A stretch of 28,019 bases of DNA from the NCBI GenBank assembly GCA_038065455.1, contig JBBTQX010000006.1:1-28019 (forward strand), read 5' to 3'. Under the pieces are notes generated by a model that was not told the origin of the DNA, made no database searches, and saw only the letters and a list, made by a program, of their open reading frames with translations. This document shows, in pieces, positions 7,388 to 15,956 of this stretch; position 1 is the first letter of the stretch; each line of letters opens with the position of its first letter. The stretch is from Patescibacteria group bacterium. Its GTDB lineage: Bacteria; Patescibacteriota; Minisyncoccia; UBA6257; GWB1-50-10. The translations under genes were made by a program, and so were the position numbers.

Positions 7388-7527
7388 CCCGTTAGAGGCA
7401 GGATACGCTCCTGCCTGCGCAGGCAGGCAAAAAGCGCATCCGTGATAGATTAATTGATTCGACTTTATCGGATTTCATTGATTGTTTGATGAATATATTT
7501 TTCATAATGTTTATGCCTCTAACGGGA
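7387..7527. mobile_element. 141-bp MITE-like element (family A, copy 2) at the ssb start codon, with a nested 18-bp palindrome
   Basis: TCCCGTTAGAGGCA...TGCCTCTAACGGGA IRs. TTCA direct repeat at 7383-7386 and 7528-7531. Confidence 0.85.
7410..7427. repeat. Perfect 18-bp palindrome CCTGCCTGCGCAGGCAGG nested in family A copy 2
   Basis: Absent from copies 1 and 3; accounts exactly for the 141 vs 123 bp length difference. Confidence 0.85.
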
Positions 7528-7535
7528 TTCATTTT

Positions 7536-7952
7536 TTATTGTAATATCTCTTCTATTTTCTTCTCTAAAGCTTCATTCGTCAAAGTTTTCTCCGCGGGCT
7601 TTCCGGCCGAGCTTCGAAAACTCAGGAAGGAACGGGGACGGCCTTCTTCCCTGACCTCATTTTCCGGCCTGGGCTTTTTCGCCCGGCGGAAGAAATAACG
7701 GAGCAAACTTCCCTCAAGATCGAGGTCGGTCCTCAAACCGGCGGTAGCGGAAGGTTCCATGGAAAATACCAAATGGCTGAAAAAACCATAGTTTTCTTTT
7801 TTAATGGGATAGGCAATGTGGATTTTCTCGATTGCTTTTTCCTTCGCGACTTCTCCTCCGTGCTTTGAGACGAGTTTCTTGACCGCAACGACGTTTTCGT
7901 CCTTGGTCAAAAAAGCGACTTCGTAATTTTCCGTCTTTTTATCCGGTTCCAT
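7536..7952 (-). CDS. rpsF: 30S ribosomal protein S6
   Basis: NYEVAFL, IAYPIKK, LLRYF; canonical rpsF-ssb-rpsR order. Confidence 0.88.
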   Translation of the reverse strand: MEPDKKTENYEVAFLTKDENVVAVKKLVSKHGGEVAKEKAIEKIHIAYPIKKENYGFFSHLVFSMEPSATAGLRTDLDLEGSLLRYFFRRAKKPRPENEVREEGRPRSFLSFRSSAGKPAEKTLTNEALEKKIEEILQ

Positions 7953-7972
7953 TTTATTTTTATTGCAAGATT

Positions 7973-8001
7973 AGATTATCAATCGAAATTTGGGCTGTCA
8001 A
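7973..8001 (-). promoter_or_regulatory. Putative sigma70 promoter for rpsF-ssb-rpsR: TTGACA-17bp-TAATCT (with TGn extended -10)
   Basis: tgtcaa at 7996-8001 and agatta at 7973-7978 on the + strand. Confidence 0.6.
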
Positions 8002-8036
8002 CCCCCACACCTAATTGGGATTGGATGGTGTGGGGG
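8002..8036. mobile_element. 35-bp hairpin insertion (family C) at the rpoC 3' end / rpsF -35 box
   Basis: CCCCCACACC-N15-GGTGTGGGGG flanked by a TCAA direct repeat (7998-8001 and 8037-8040). Confidence 0.65.
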
Positions 8037-11000
8037 TCAATTTTGACCTCAACTCCATAAGCTTTTCCTGGTCGACTCCCCGAAGGCCGGTGCCCACCGG
8101 AATAAGTTTTCCGATAATGACATTTTCTTTGAGGCCTCTCAAAACATCCACTTTATGCTGGACGGAAGCATCCACCAAAACGCGCGCAGTTTCCTGGAAA
8201 GAGGCCGCCGAGAGGAAACTTTCCGTTGTCAGGGACACCCGAGTTACGCCAAAAACCCTTTGGACAGCTCGCGCCGGCTGTTTCTTGGATTTTTTCGCCG
8301 CGCGGTTTACGGTCACAAACTTCGGCTTTTCTATTACTTCGCCCACCATGAAATCCGTATCGCCCGCGTCTTTCACGGCTACGCGCGAAAGCATTTGTTT
8401 CACGATTATCTCGATGTGCTTGTCGTTGATGGCGGCGCCTTCCGGCACATAAACCCGCTGGATTTCGTTTATGACGTAATGGATAAAAGCGTCGGTGCCC
8501 CGAAGGACGAGTATTTCGCGAAGATCCAAAGGACCTTCGAAAAGCTGTTCACCCTTCTTGACCTTGTCTCCGATTTTGACGAAAATCGTCGTATTCAAAG
8601 GCACGAGATATTCGAAGATATCCGCTTCCGTTTTTGTTTTCCGGCGCGTCACTTTTGCCGCTTTTTTGGGGACGGTTTCGCGGATTTTGATAACGAAGGA
8701 AAGTCCCCGTTCTTCGATATCCGAAACAATGCCGTCGGCCCGACAAAGGGCCGCCTTGCCTTTAGGCGGACGCGCTTCGAAAATTTCCTCCACCCTCGGC
8801 AAACCATGGGTGATGTCCGCGCCCGCGACGCCTCCCACATGGAAAGTTCGGAGTGTTAGCTGGGTGCCCGGCTCGCCGATAGACTGGGCGGCAACGATGC
8901 CGACGGCCTCGCCGAGTTCTACGAGCCTATTCCGGCTCAAATCCAAGCCATAGCAGGCGGCGCAAACGCCGTAGACCGTCTTGCAAGTGATGGGCGAACG
9001 AACCTTAATCGACAGTAAATCGGAATCCTGGATTTTCTTGGCCGCTTCGCGGCTCACGATTTCCCCGGCTCGCGCGACGACTTTTCTATCCACTCTTATG
9101 TCATCCAAGCTCACCCGGGAGTAAAGCCTCTCGCCGAAAGAATATCCGAAAGCGTCGCCTTCGCTCCTCACAATTTCCATTCCCTCCTTGGAACCGCAGT
9201 CTTTTTCCCTGACGAAAATTTCCTGAGCCACGTCAACCAAACGCCGGGTCAGATATCCGGCCGAGGCGGTCTTCAAAGCCGTGTCGGTCGAACCTTTGCG
9301 GGCGCCGTGCGTCGTGATGAAATATTCCAATATTTTCAAACCTTCTTTATAGGAAGAATGGGCGGGCAATTCCATCGTTTCTCCGCTCGTGTCCTGCACC
9401 AAGCCCTTCATACCCATCATCTGAACCATCTGGTTCCAGCTACCGCGGGCTTTGGAATTGATGACGGTCAAAATCGGATTGCCATCCTTGAAAGCTTTGG
9501 GAAGCGCCGCCGCCACTTTTTCCCGCGCTTCGGTCCAGATGGTCGCGATTTTGTTTTTCTTTTCGTCATTGGTCAATAAGCCATCTTCATATTGAGCTTC
9601 AATTAAGAGGGCTTCCTTGTCACTCGCCGCGATAATGGCTTCCTTTTCCACCGGAGTGATGGTATCGCCGATTCCCCAGGAAACGGATGAGACAGTCGCA
9701 TATTTGAATCCGTAATCCTTAATTTTGTCGATGTAATTCCGGCTCTCCTCTATCGTGTAATTTTCGATGATGCGGCCGACGAGATTCGAAAGTTTTTTCT
9801 TGTCCAAATCCTCGTTTACAAAATCAAAGTCCGGCGGCATAATGCCGTTGAAAATCAGCCGGCCGTAGGAAGTTTCGATGATTCCCTCTTTCGTGCCCGC
9901 CTTCACGCGCGCGTTCAAATCAATCGCGCCTTGCTCGTAAGCCATGGCGGCTTCGTTTATGTCCGAGAAAATTTTGCCTTCGCCCCTCATACCCTCCCGG
10001 ATATGAGTCAGGAAATAAATGCCCAAAACCATATCTTGCGTCGGTGAAACGATCGGCTCGCCATTCGCGGGCTTCAAGAGATTCCCTCCCGCGTCCATCA
10101 AGGTGGCGGCTTCCACCTGCGCCTCGGCCGTAAGCGGCAAATGCACGGCCATCTGGTCGCCGTCGAAGTCCGCGTTGAAAGCGGCGCAAACCAAAGGCGG
10201 AATCCGAATGGCCATATCTTCAATCAAGACCGGCTTGAAAGCCTGGATGCCCAAGCGGTGCAATGTCGGCGCGCGGTTCAAAAGCACGCGGCGATTTGCG
10301 ATGACCTCTTCGAGAATAGCCCAGATTTCGGGCGGCCCCTGCTCGATAAGCCGGTTTGCCTGTTTGATATTGAAGGCCAGTCCCCGCTCAATTATCTTGC
10401 TGATGACGAAAGGCCGGAAAAGTTCCAAAGCCAAATGCTTCGGCAAGCCGCATTCGTTCAATTTCAATTCTGGGCCGACGACAATAACCGAACGGCCGGA
10501 GTAATCCACGCGCTTGCCGAGAAGATTCTGCCGAAAACGGCCCTGTTTCCCTTTCAACATATCGGCCAAAGACCGAAGCGGCCGGCGCTTGCTCGAAAGG
10601 AGCTGGCTGCCGAGGCGGGCGGTATTGTCTATCAAAGCGTCCACCGCTTCTTGAAGCATTCGCTTTTCGTTCACGATGATAACTTCGGGGGACTTGAGCT
10701 CCAAAAGTTTTTTCAGGCGGTTGTTGCGGTTGATGACGCGGCTGTAGAGGTCGTTCAAATCGGCCGTTGCATAATGGCCGCCGTCCAAAGCCACCATCGG
10801 ACGCAAGTCCGGCGGAAGAATCGGCAAGGTCGTCATAATGCTCCATTCGGGCCGGATGCCGGACTTTATCATCAGGCGGGCGAGGCGCAAACGCATCAAT
10901 ATCCGCTTCTGGCGGTTGGCATCCTGCACCTGTTCCAATTCCTTGGTCAATTCTTTCACGGTCGCCTTAAGATCTATTTTTTCCAAAATATGGCGGATGG

Positions 11001-11634
11001 CGCCGGCGCCCTGGTCGGCTTCGAAAACATCGCCGAATCTTTCGGAAAGGCGGAAATATTCGTCCTGTGTGAGAATGAGACCGGGCTTCAAAACCGAAAT
11101 GACTTCTTTCACCTGCTCCTGTTTTTCCTTGAGGTCTTTCTCATCCATCACCTTCTCCGATTTCAGCGATTTGAATTCTTTTTCGAGTTCCGCGAGCGCC
11201 CGCTTGCGATTGTCTTCATTTATGGCCGTCACAATATATGAAGCATAGTAGATAACCTTCTCGAGTTTCGGCACGGAAATATTCAAAAGCAGGCTCAAGC
11301 GGGAAGGCACCGTTTTCAAAAACCAGATGTGCGCCACCGGCGATGCCAGCGTGATATGGCCCATCCGTTCGCGGCGGACCGCCGCGCGCGTCACTTCGAC
11401 GCCGCACTTCTCGCAAACGACGCCCTTATAGCGGATTTTCTTGTACTTGCCGCAATAGCATTCGTAATCTTTGGTCGGTCCGAAAATTCTTTCGGAAAAC
11501 AAGCCATCCTTTTCCGGCCGCTGGGTGCGGTAATTCAAAGTCTCGGGCTTGATTACTTCGCCGTGCGACCAGGAGAGAATCTCTTCGGGGCTCGCCAGAC
11601 TGATGGATATGGATTTGAGATCGTGGTTATTCAT
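8011..11634 (-). CDS. rpoC: DNA-directed RNA polymerase subunit beta'
   Basis: NADFDGDQM catalytic motif, GKQGRFRQNLLGKRVDYSGRSVIV, SIGEPGTQLT, GLKENVIIG. Confidence 0.99.
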   Translation of the reverse strand: MNNHDLKSISISLASPEEILSWSHGEVIKPETLNYRTQRPEKDGLFSERIFGPTKDYECYCGKYKKIRYKGVVCEKCGVEVTRAAVRRERMGHITLASPVAHIWFLKTVPSRLSLLLNISVPKLEKVIYYASYIVTAINEDNRKRALAELEKEFKSLKSEKVMDEKDLKEKQEQVKEVISVLKPGLILTQDEYFRLSERFGDVFEADQGAGAIRHILEKIDLKATVKELTKELEQVQDANRQKRILMRLRLARLMIKSGIRPEWSIMTTLPILPPDLRPMVALDGGHYATADLNDLYSRVINRNNRLKKLLELKSPEVIIVNEKRMLQEAVDALIDNTARLGSQLLSSKRRPLRSLADMLKGKQGRFRQNLLGKRVDYSGRSVIVVGPELKLNECGLPKHLALELFRPFVISKIIERGLAFNIKQANRLIEQGPPEIWAILEEVIANRRVLLNRAPTLHRLGIQAFKPVLIEDMAIRIPPLVCAAFNADFDGDQMAVHLPLTAEAQVEAATLMDAGGNLLKPANGEPIVSPTQDMVLGIYFLTHIREGMRGEGKIFSDINEAAMAYEQGAIDLNARVKAGTKEGIIETSYGRLIFNGIMPPDFDFVNEDLDKKKLSNLVGRIIENYTIEESRNYIDKIKDYGFKYATVSSVSWGIGDTITPVEKEAIIAASDKEALLIEAQYEDGLLTNDEKKNKIATIWTEAREKVAAALPKAFKDGNPILTVINSKARGSWNQMVQMMGMKGLVQDTSGETMELPAHSSYKEGLKILEYFITTHGARKGSTDTALKTASAGYLTRRLVDVAQEIFVREKDCGSKEGMEIVRSEGDAFGYSFGERLYSRVSLDDIRVDRKVVARAGEIVSREAAKKIQDSDLLSIKVRSPITCKTVYGVCAACYGLDLSRNRLVELGEAVGIVAAQSIGEPGTQLTLRTFHVGGVAGADITHGLPRVEEIFEARPPKGKAALCRADGIVSDIEERGLSFVIKIRETVPKKAAKVTRRKTKTEADIFEYLVPLNTTIFVKIGDKVKKGEQLFEGPLDLREILVLRGTDAFIHYVINEIQRVYVPEGAAINDKHIEIIVKQMLSRVAVKDAGDTDFMVGEVIEKPKFVTVNRAAKKSKKQPARAVQRVFGVTRVSLTTESFLSAASFQETARVLVDASVQHKVDVLRGLKENVIIGKLIPVGTGLRGVDQEKLMELRSKLTPTPSNPN

Positions 11635-11756
11635 CCCGTTAGAGACAGGATGCGCTCAAAAAGCGCATCCGTGATGGATTAGTTAACTCGACTTTATTGG
11701 ATTTCATTGATTGTTTGGTAATCATATTTTTCATAAGGCTTATGTCTCTAACGGGA
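11634..11756. mobile_element. 123-bp MITE-like element (family A, copy 3) at the rpoC start codon
   Basis: TCCCGTTAGAGACA...TGTCTCTAACGGGA IRs. TTCA direct repeat at 11630-11633 and 11757-11760. Confidence 0.85.
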
Positions 11757-11757
11757 T

Positions 11758-14700
11758 TCATTCTTCCTTTTCTTCATTATCCTCCCGACTGTCTTCATAT
11801 TCGTAATTCACATTCAAACCCAAGGATTTCAATTCGGAGACCAATACATTGAAGGACGCGGGGATGTTCGGCTTCTTGATTTCCTGTCCGCGGATAATCG
11901 ATTCGAAAGCCGCTGAGCGTCCGAGCACATCATCCGATTTTATCGTGAGCATCTCCTGGAGCGTGTGCGCCGCGCCGTAGCCCTCGAGAGCCCACACTTC
12001 CATCTCGCCGAAGCGTTGGCCGCCCAATTGGGCTTTGCCGCCCAAGGGCTGCTGGGTAATGAGCGAGTAGGGTCCGGTCGAGCGGACGTGCATCTTGTCC
12101 TCCACCAAATGGTTCAGTTTCATTATGTACATATAACCGACGGTCACCGGCTCTTTAAATGCCAACCCATCCTGGCCGTTCCAAACCGTCATCTTGCCGG
12201 TCTCGGAAAATCCCGCGGCTTTGAGTTCGTTCCGGATGTCTTCCTCGCTCGGGCCCACGAAATTCGGCACCACGGCCCGATAGCCGAGTTTGTTGGCCGC
12301 GAGGCCCAAATGGGTTTCCAATATCTGGCCCAGATTCATACGGCTTGCGACACCCAGCGGATTCAAAACTATGTCCACCGGCGTGCCGTCTTCGAGATAC
12401 GGCATGCTCTCCATTTTGCGAATCTGGGAAATGACGCCTTTGTTGCCGTAGCGGCCGGCCAGCTTATCGCCCGCCCGTATCTTGCGCAACTGAGCCACCT
12501 CAATTTGAATTTTTGTAATAATACCCGGCTCGAGCTTATCGCCCTTATCGCGCGAGAATATCTTGATGCCGATGATGCGGCCCTGCTTGCCGTGGGGCAT
12601 CGTGAGCGAGGAATCTTTCACATCGCGGGCCTTCTCGCCGAAAATAGCGCGAAGTAATCTTTCTTCGGAGGTCAGTTCCGATTCGCCTTTGGGCGAAATC
12701 TTTCCGACCAGAATATCGTTGGCCCGCACTTCGGCGCCAATGCGAACAATGCCGTCCGCGTCCAAGTTCCTCAGTTTTTCTTCGGCCACGTTCGGAATAT
12801 CGGGCGTCATCATCTCCGGTCCGAGTTTGGTATCGCGCACCAGGCAAGTGAAAGTTTCGATGTAAATGGAGGTGAAGAAATCATCCCGCGCCACCCGTTC
12901 GGAAATAACGATGGCATCCTCGAAGTTGCCGCCCTGCCAGGGCAGGAAGGCCACGAGCAAGTTCCGACCCAAGGCCAGAACGCCGTCCTTGGTCGCGGGG
13001 CCGTCGGCCAGGACCGTGCCCGGCTTCACTTTGTCTCCCACCGAAACGGCCGGCCGTTGAGTCATGCAGGTGGACTGGTTGGAACGCTTGAATTTGTAGA
13101 GATTGAAAGTTTTATTGCCGTCGGAAGTTTTCACGGTGACGGCGCGTCCGTCCGCTTCCGTCACGATGCCGCTCACGTCCGAGATAATCACCTGGCCGGA
13201 ATCCTGGGCGGCTTTTTCCTCCTCGCCGGTCGATACCAGCGGCGCTTCGGGATTCAAAGTCGGCGTGGCTTGCCTCTGCATGTTCGAACCCATCAAGACG
13301 CGGTTCGCATCGTTGTGCTCCAAAAACGGAATAAGCGACGTGGAAACGCTGAAGAGCTGGTTCGGAGAAATGTCGATGAGATCGACTTCTTCGCGCCGGC
13401 AGATGCCCGGCACGCCTTTGTTCCTCGCCGAAATAATCGGTTCGGCGATAAATCCTTTTTCGTCGGTCTTCACATCCGCCTGGGCGATGTTGTATTTCTG
13501 CTCGTTAATCGCGTCGAGCCAAATCGTGTCTTTGGTGACCGTACCATTCTTGATTTTGAAATAAGGCGTTTCCAAAAAACCGAAATCGTTCACGCGAGTG
13601 TAGTTCGCCAAATAGTTCACGAGGCCGATGTTCGTGCCTTCGGGAGTGGCAATCGGACAAATACGCCCATAATAGGACGGATGCACGTCGCGGACTTCGA
13701 AACCCGCGCGCTCGCGCGTGAGACCGCCCGGGCCCATCGCCGATATTCTGCGTTTATGTTCGAGTTCGGCAAGCGGATTAACCTGGTCCATAAATTGCGA
13801 AAGCTGGGAAGCGGCGAAAAAGTCACGCACGACTGAGGTTAAAAGTTTGTAGTTGATGAGCTGGGCCGGCTGAAGTGTTTTCCTTTCCAAAGTGGACATT
13901 CTATCTTGGATGCCGCGCTTCAGGCGGGCGAAACCTACCCGCAAACGGGCCTGAACCAACTCGCCTACGGAACGAATCCTGCGATTGCCCAAATGGTCGA
14001 TATCATCCGGTTCGGCGTTCAGATTATTGTTCAGGCGAATCATCTCCGAAATAGCGGCGATAAGGTCTTCCAAATCCAGGAGCCGGCTGTCTTTCTTTCC
14101 AAGCTCCAGACGCTGATTGAATTTATAGCGGCCAACCGGGCTTATATCATAGCGGTCAAAGCGCGAAAACATCGGCTCAACCAGAAGCCGAGCGTTCTCG
14201 ACAGTCGCGAGATCTCCCGGCCGGAGGCGGCGATAAAGTTCAACAAAGGATTCGTCCGCATTCTTCGCATCATCCTTTTTGAGGGTTGCTTGGATGTACT
14301 TTATGGCGCCGGTATCCACCTTGGCGAAGGCCTTCAAAATCTCGTCGTTATCCTTCAGCCCGAAAACGCGGAGCAGCTGGGTGACGGGCGCTTTGCGGCG
14401 GCGGTCGATTTTCACGCCCAGAAATCCGTCAGCTTCGGTATCCAACTCCACCCAAGCGCCGCGATTCGGAATTATTTTCCCGCCAAAAAGCTTCCGGCCG
14501 CGGAACATATTGGCCGTGAAATAAATTCCCGGCGAACGGATAATCTGCGAGATCACCACCCGTTCCACGCCGTTCACGATGAAAGTGCCCCGCGCGGTCA
14601 TCAGCGGGAAATCACCGAGATAAACTTCCTGAACTTTGGATTGCTTGGTTTCCCGGCTTACCAGTTTCACGTTCACTCGAAGCGGCGCCTCGAACGTCTG

Positions 14701-14931
14701 GTCCTTCTCCGTTGATTTAGCTTCGCTGTATTTCGGCTGGTCGAATTTGTAATCCAAAAAGCTCAATTCCAATTCTTTACCGGTGTGATCCTTAATCGGA
14801 GAAATCTCTTCGAACAATTCTCGGATTCCTTTTTCCAAAAACCACTTGTAGGAATTGATTTGAGTCTCCACCAAATTCAAAGGAGCGAAGGTCGGACCCT
14901 GGTAAGACGAAAATATTTTTGTTTTGCGCAT
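11758..14931 (-). CDS. rpoB: DNA-directed RNA polymerase subunit beta
   Basis: DIDHLGNRRIR, SQLSQFMDQ, GSNMQRQA, GDKLAGRYGNKG, GGQRFGEMEVWALE. Confidence 0.99.
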   Translation of the reverse strand: MRKTKIFSSYQGPTFAPLNLVETQINSYKWFLEKGIRELFEEISPIKDHTGKELELSFLDYKFDQPKYSEAKSTEKDQTFEAPLRVNVKLVSRETKQSKVQEVYLGDFPLMTARGTFIVNGVERVVISQIIRSPGIYFTANMFRGRKLFGGKIIPNRGAWVELDTEADGFLGVKIDRRRKAPVTQLLRVFGLKDNDEILKAFAKVDTGAIKYIQATLKKDDAKNADESFVELYRRLRPGDLATVENARLLVEPMFSRFDRYDISPVGRYKFNQRLELGKKDSRLLDLEDLIAAISEMIRLNNNLNAEPDDIDHLGNRRIRSVGELVQARLRVGFARLKRGIQDRMSTLERKTLQPAQLINYKLLTSVVRDFFAASQLSQFMDQVNPLAELEHKRRISAMGPGGLTRERAGFEVRDVHPSYYGRICPIATPEGTNIGLVNYLANYTRVNDFGFLETPYFKIKNGTVTKDTIWLDAINEQKYNIAQADVKTDEKGFIAEPIISARNKGVPGICRREEVDLIDISPNQLFSVSTSLIPFLEHNDANRVLMGSNMQRQATPTLNPEAPLVSTGEEEKAAQDSGQVIISDVSGIVTEADGRAVTVKTSDGNKTFNLYKFKRSNQSTCMTQRPAVSVGDKVKPGTVLADGPATKDGVLALGRNLLVAFLPWQGGNFEDAIVISERVARDDFFTSIYIETFTCLVRDTKLGPEMMTPDIPNVAEEKLRNLDADGIVRIGAEVRANDILVGKISPKGESELTSEERLLRAIFGEKARDVKDSSLTMPHGKQGRIIGIKIFSRDKGDKLEPGIITKIQIEVAQLRKIRAGDKLAGRYGNKGVISQIRKMESMPYLEDGTPVDIVLNPLGVASRMNLGQILETHLGLAANKLGYRAVVPNFVGPSEEDIRNELKAAGFSETGKMTVWNGQDGLAFKEPVTVGYMYIMKLNHLVEDKMHVRSTGPYSLITQQPLGGKAQLGGQRFGEMEVWALEGYGAAHTLQEMLTIKSDDVLGRSAAFESIIRGQEIKKPNIPASFNVLVSELKSLGLNVNYEYEDSREDNEEKEE

Positions 14932-14939
14932 TTTATTTT

Positions 14940-15956
14940 TTATAGGTATTTGGCCCGGTTATCGTTATGCTCGTCCAATGTTTTCGAAAAAATGATTTTT
15001 TGAGAACCTCTGGCGGAAAGGTAGTAAAGGTAGCCGCTAGACTGGGGCGAAAGAGCGGCCTCAATGGCCTCTAGCCCGGGATTAGCTATCGGAGTCGGCG
15101 TCCAACCGCCATTCAAATAAGTATTATAAGGGGAAACAAACTTCAAATCCTCCCGGGCAATGCCGCCCGGACAGCTCGCGAAAGACTCGGCGCACTTGGC
15201 GTAAGCCACGGTCGCGTCTATTTGAAGAGGCATTTTGAGGCTCAGGCGCTTCAGAATGATGCCGGCCACTATTTTCCGGTCGTTCGCGCCCGGCACTTCC
15301 CGCTCCAAGTAAGAAGCGAGAATGAGGGTTTTGTACCAATCCTTCTGGTTTCCGATTTTCGCCCAAGCTTTCCTTTCAAAATTATCCAAGAAACTCCTTA
15401 AAACAGCTTCGGGCGAAGAACCGATTTCGAAATTGTAAGTGTCGGGAAAAAGAAAACCTTCCAAAGAATTTTGGCCGGCCAAAAAAGAATACTGGACGGC
15501 CAGATTTTTGAAAGGAAAATTGGAAAGGGCGCCGGGCGTGATTATGCCGGCTTCGGCCAGAACCGCATCGATATCTTTTGCGGAGAGACCCTCGATTATT
15601 TTGACGGTCACATCGCTCTCTCCCCCCGAAGAAAGATAATTCACTATTTGGGGCACGGTCATCGTGCTCGCGAGCTGGTAGACTCCCGGCTGGAACTTGC
15701 GGGCGTTGCCTGTAAATATTGAGTATGTTTTGAACACGGCAATGGATCTTATAAGCGACTCTTGCGACAGGCGCGCACCGATTGCTCGGAAACTTTCCCC
15801 TTTTGCCACTTTGAATTCAACAGGATTGTCGTTCGCAAAACTCGGCTGAAGACCATAGAAAAAATAGGCCGCCGCCAGGATGAAAACTAAAACGATTCCC
15901 AACAAAGTCAGAAAACGCAGGCTCCACAGCCCCATTTTATTATCCTGAGGATTCAA
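14940..15956 (-). CDS. mltG: Endolytic transglycosylase MltG (YceG family)
   Basis: N-terminal TM, LEGFLFPDTY, LASYLERE, LQIDATV, SPYNTY, PTPIANPG, YLYY. Confidence 0.93.
   Translation of the reverse strand: MNPQDNKMGLWSLRFLTLLGIVLVFILAAAYFFYGLQPSFANDNPVEFKVAKGESFRAIGARLSQESLIRSIAVFKTYSIFTGNARKFQPGVYQLASTMTVPQIVNYLSSGGESDVTVKIIEGLSAKDIDAVLAEAGIITPGALSNFPFKNLAVQYSFLAGQNSLEGFLFPDTYNFEIGSSPEAVLRSFLDNFERKAWAKIGNQKDWYKTLILASYLEREVPGANDRKIVAGIILKRLSLKMPLQIDATVAYAKCAESFASCPGGIAREDLKFVSPYNTYLNGGWTPTPIANPGLEAIEAALSPQSSGYLYYLSARGSQKIIFSKTLDEHNDNRAKYL

Noticed and set aside
11634-11761. Family A as in-frame N-terminal extensions of RpoC, SSB or S18
   Set aside because: ATG-to-ATG distances are 127, 145 and 128 nt, none a multiple of 3, and the frame ends in TAA.
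8015-15003. Many long ORFs antisense to or overlapping rpoB and rpoC (similar ones over other genes)
   Set aside because: Shadow frames of well-supported genes with no recognisable motifs.
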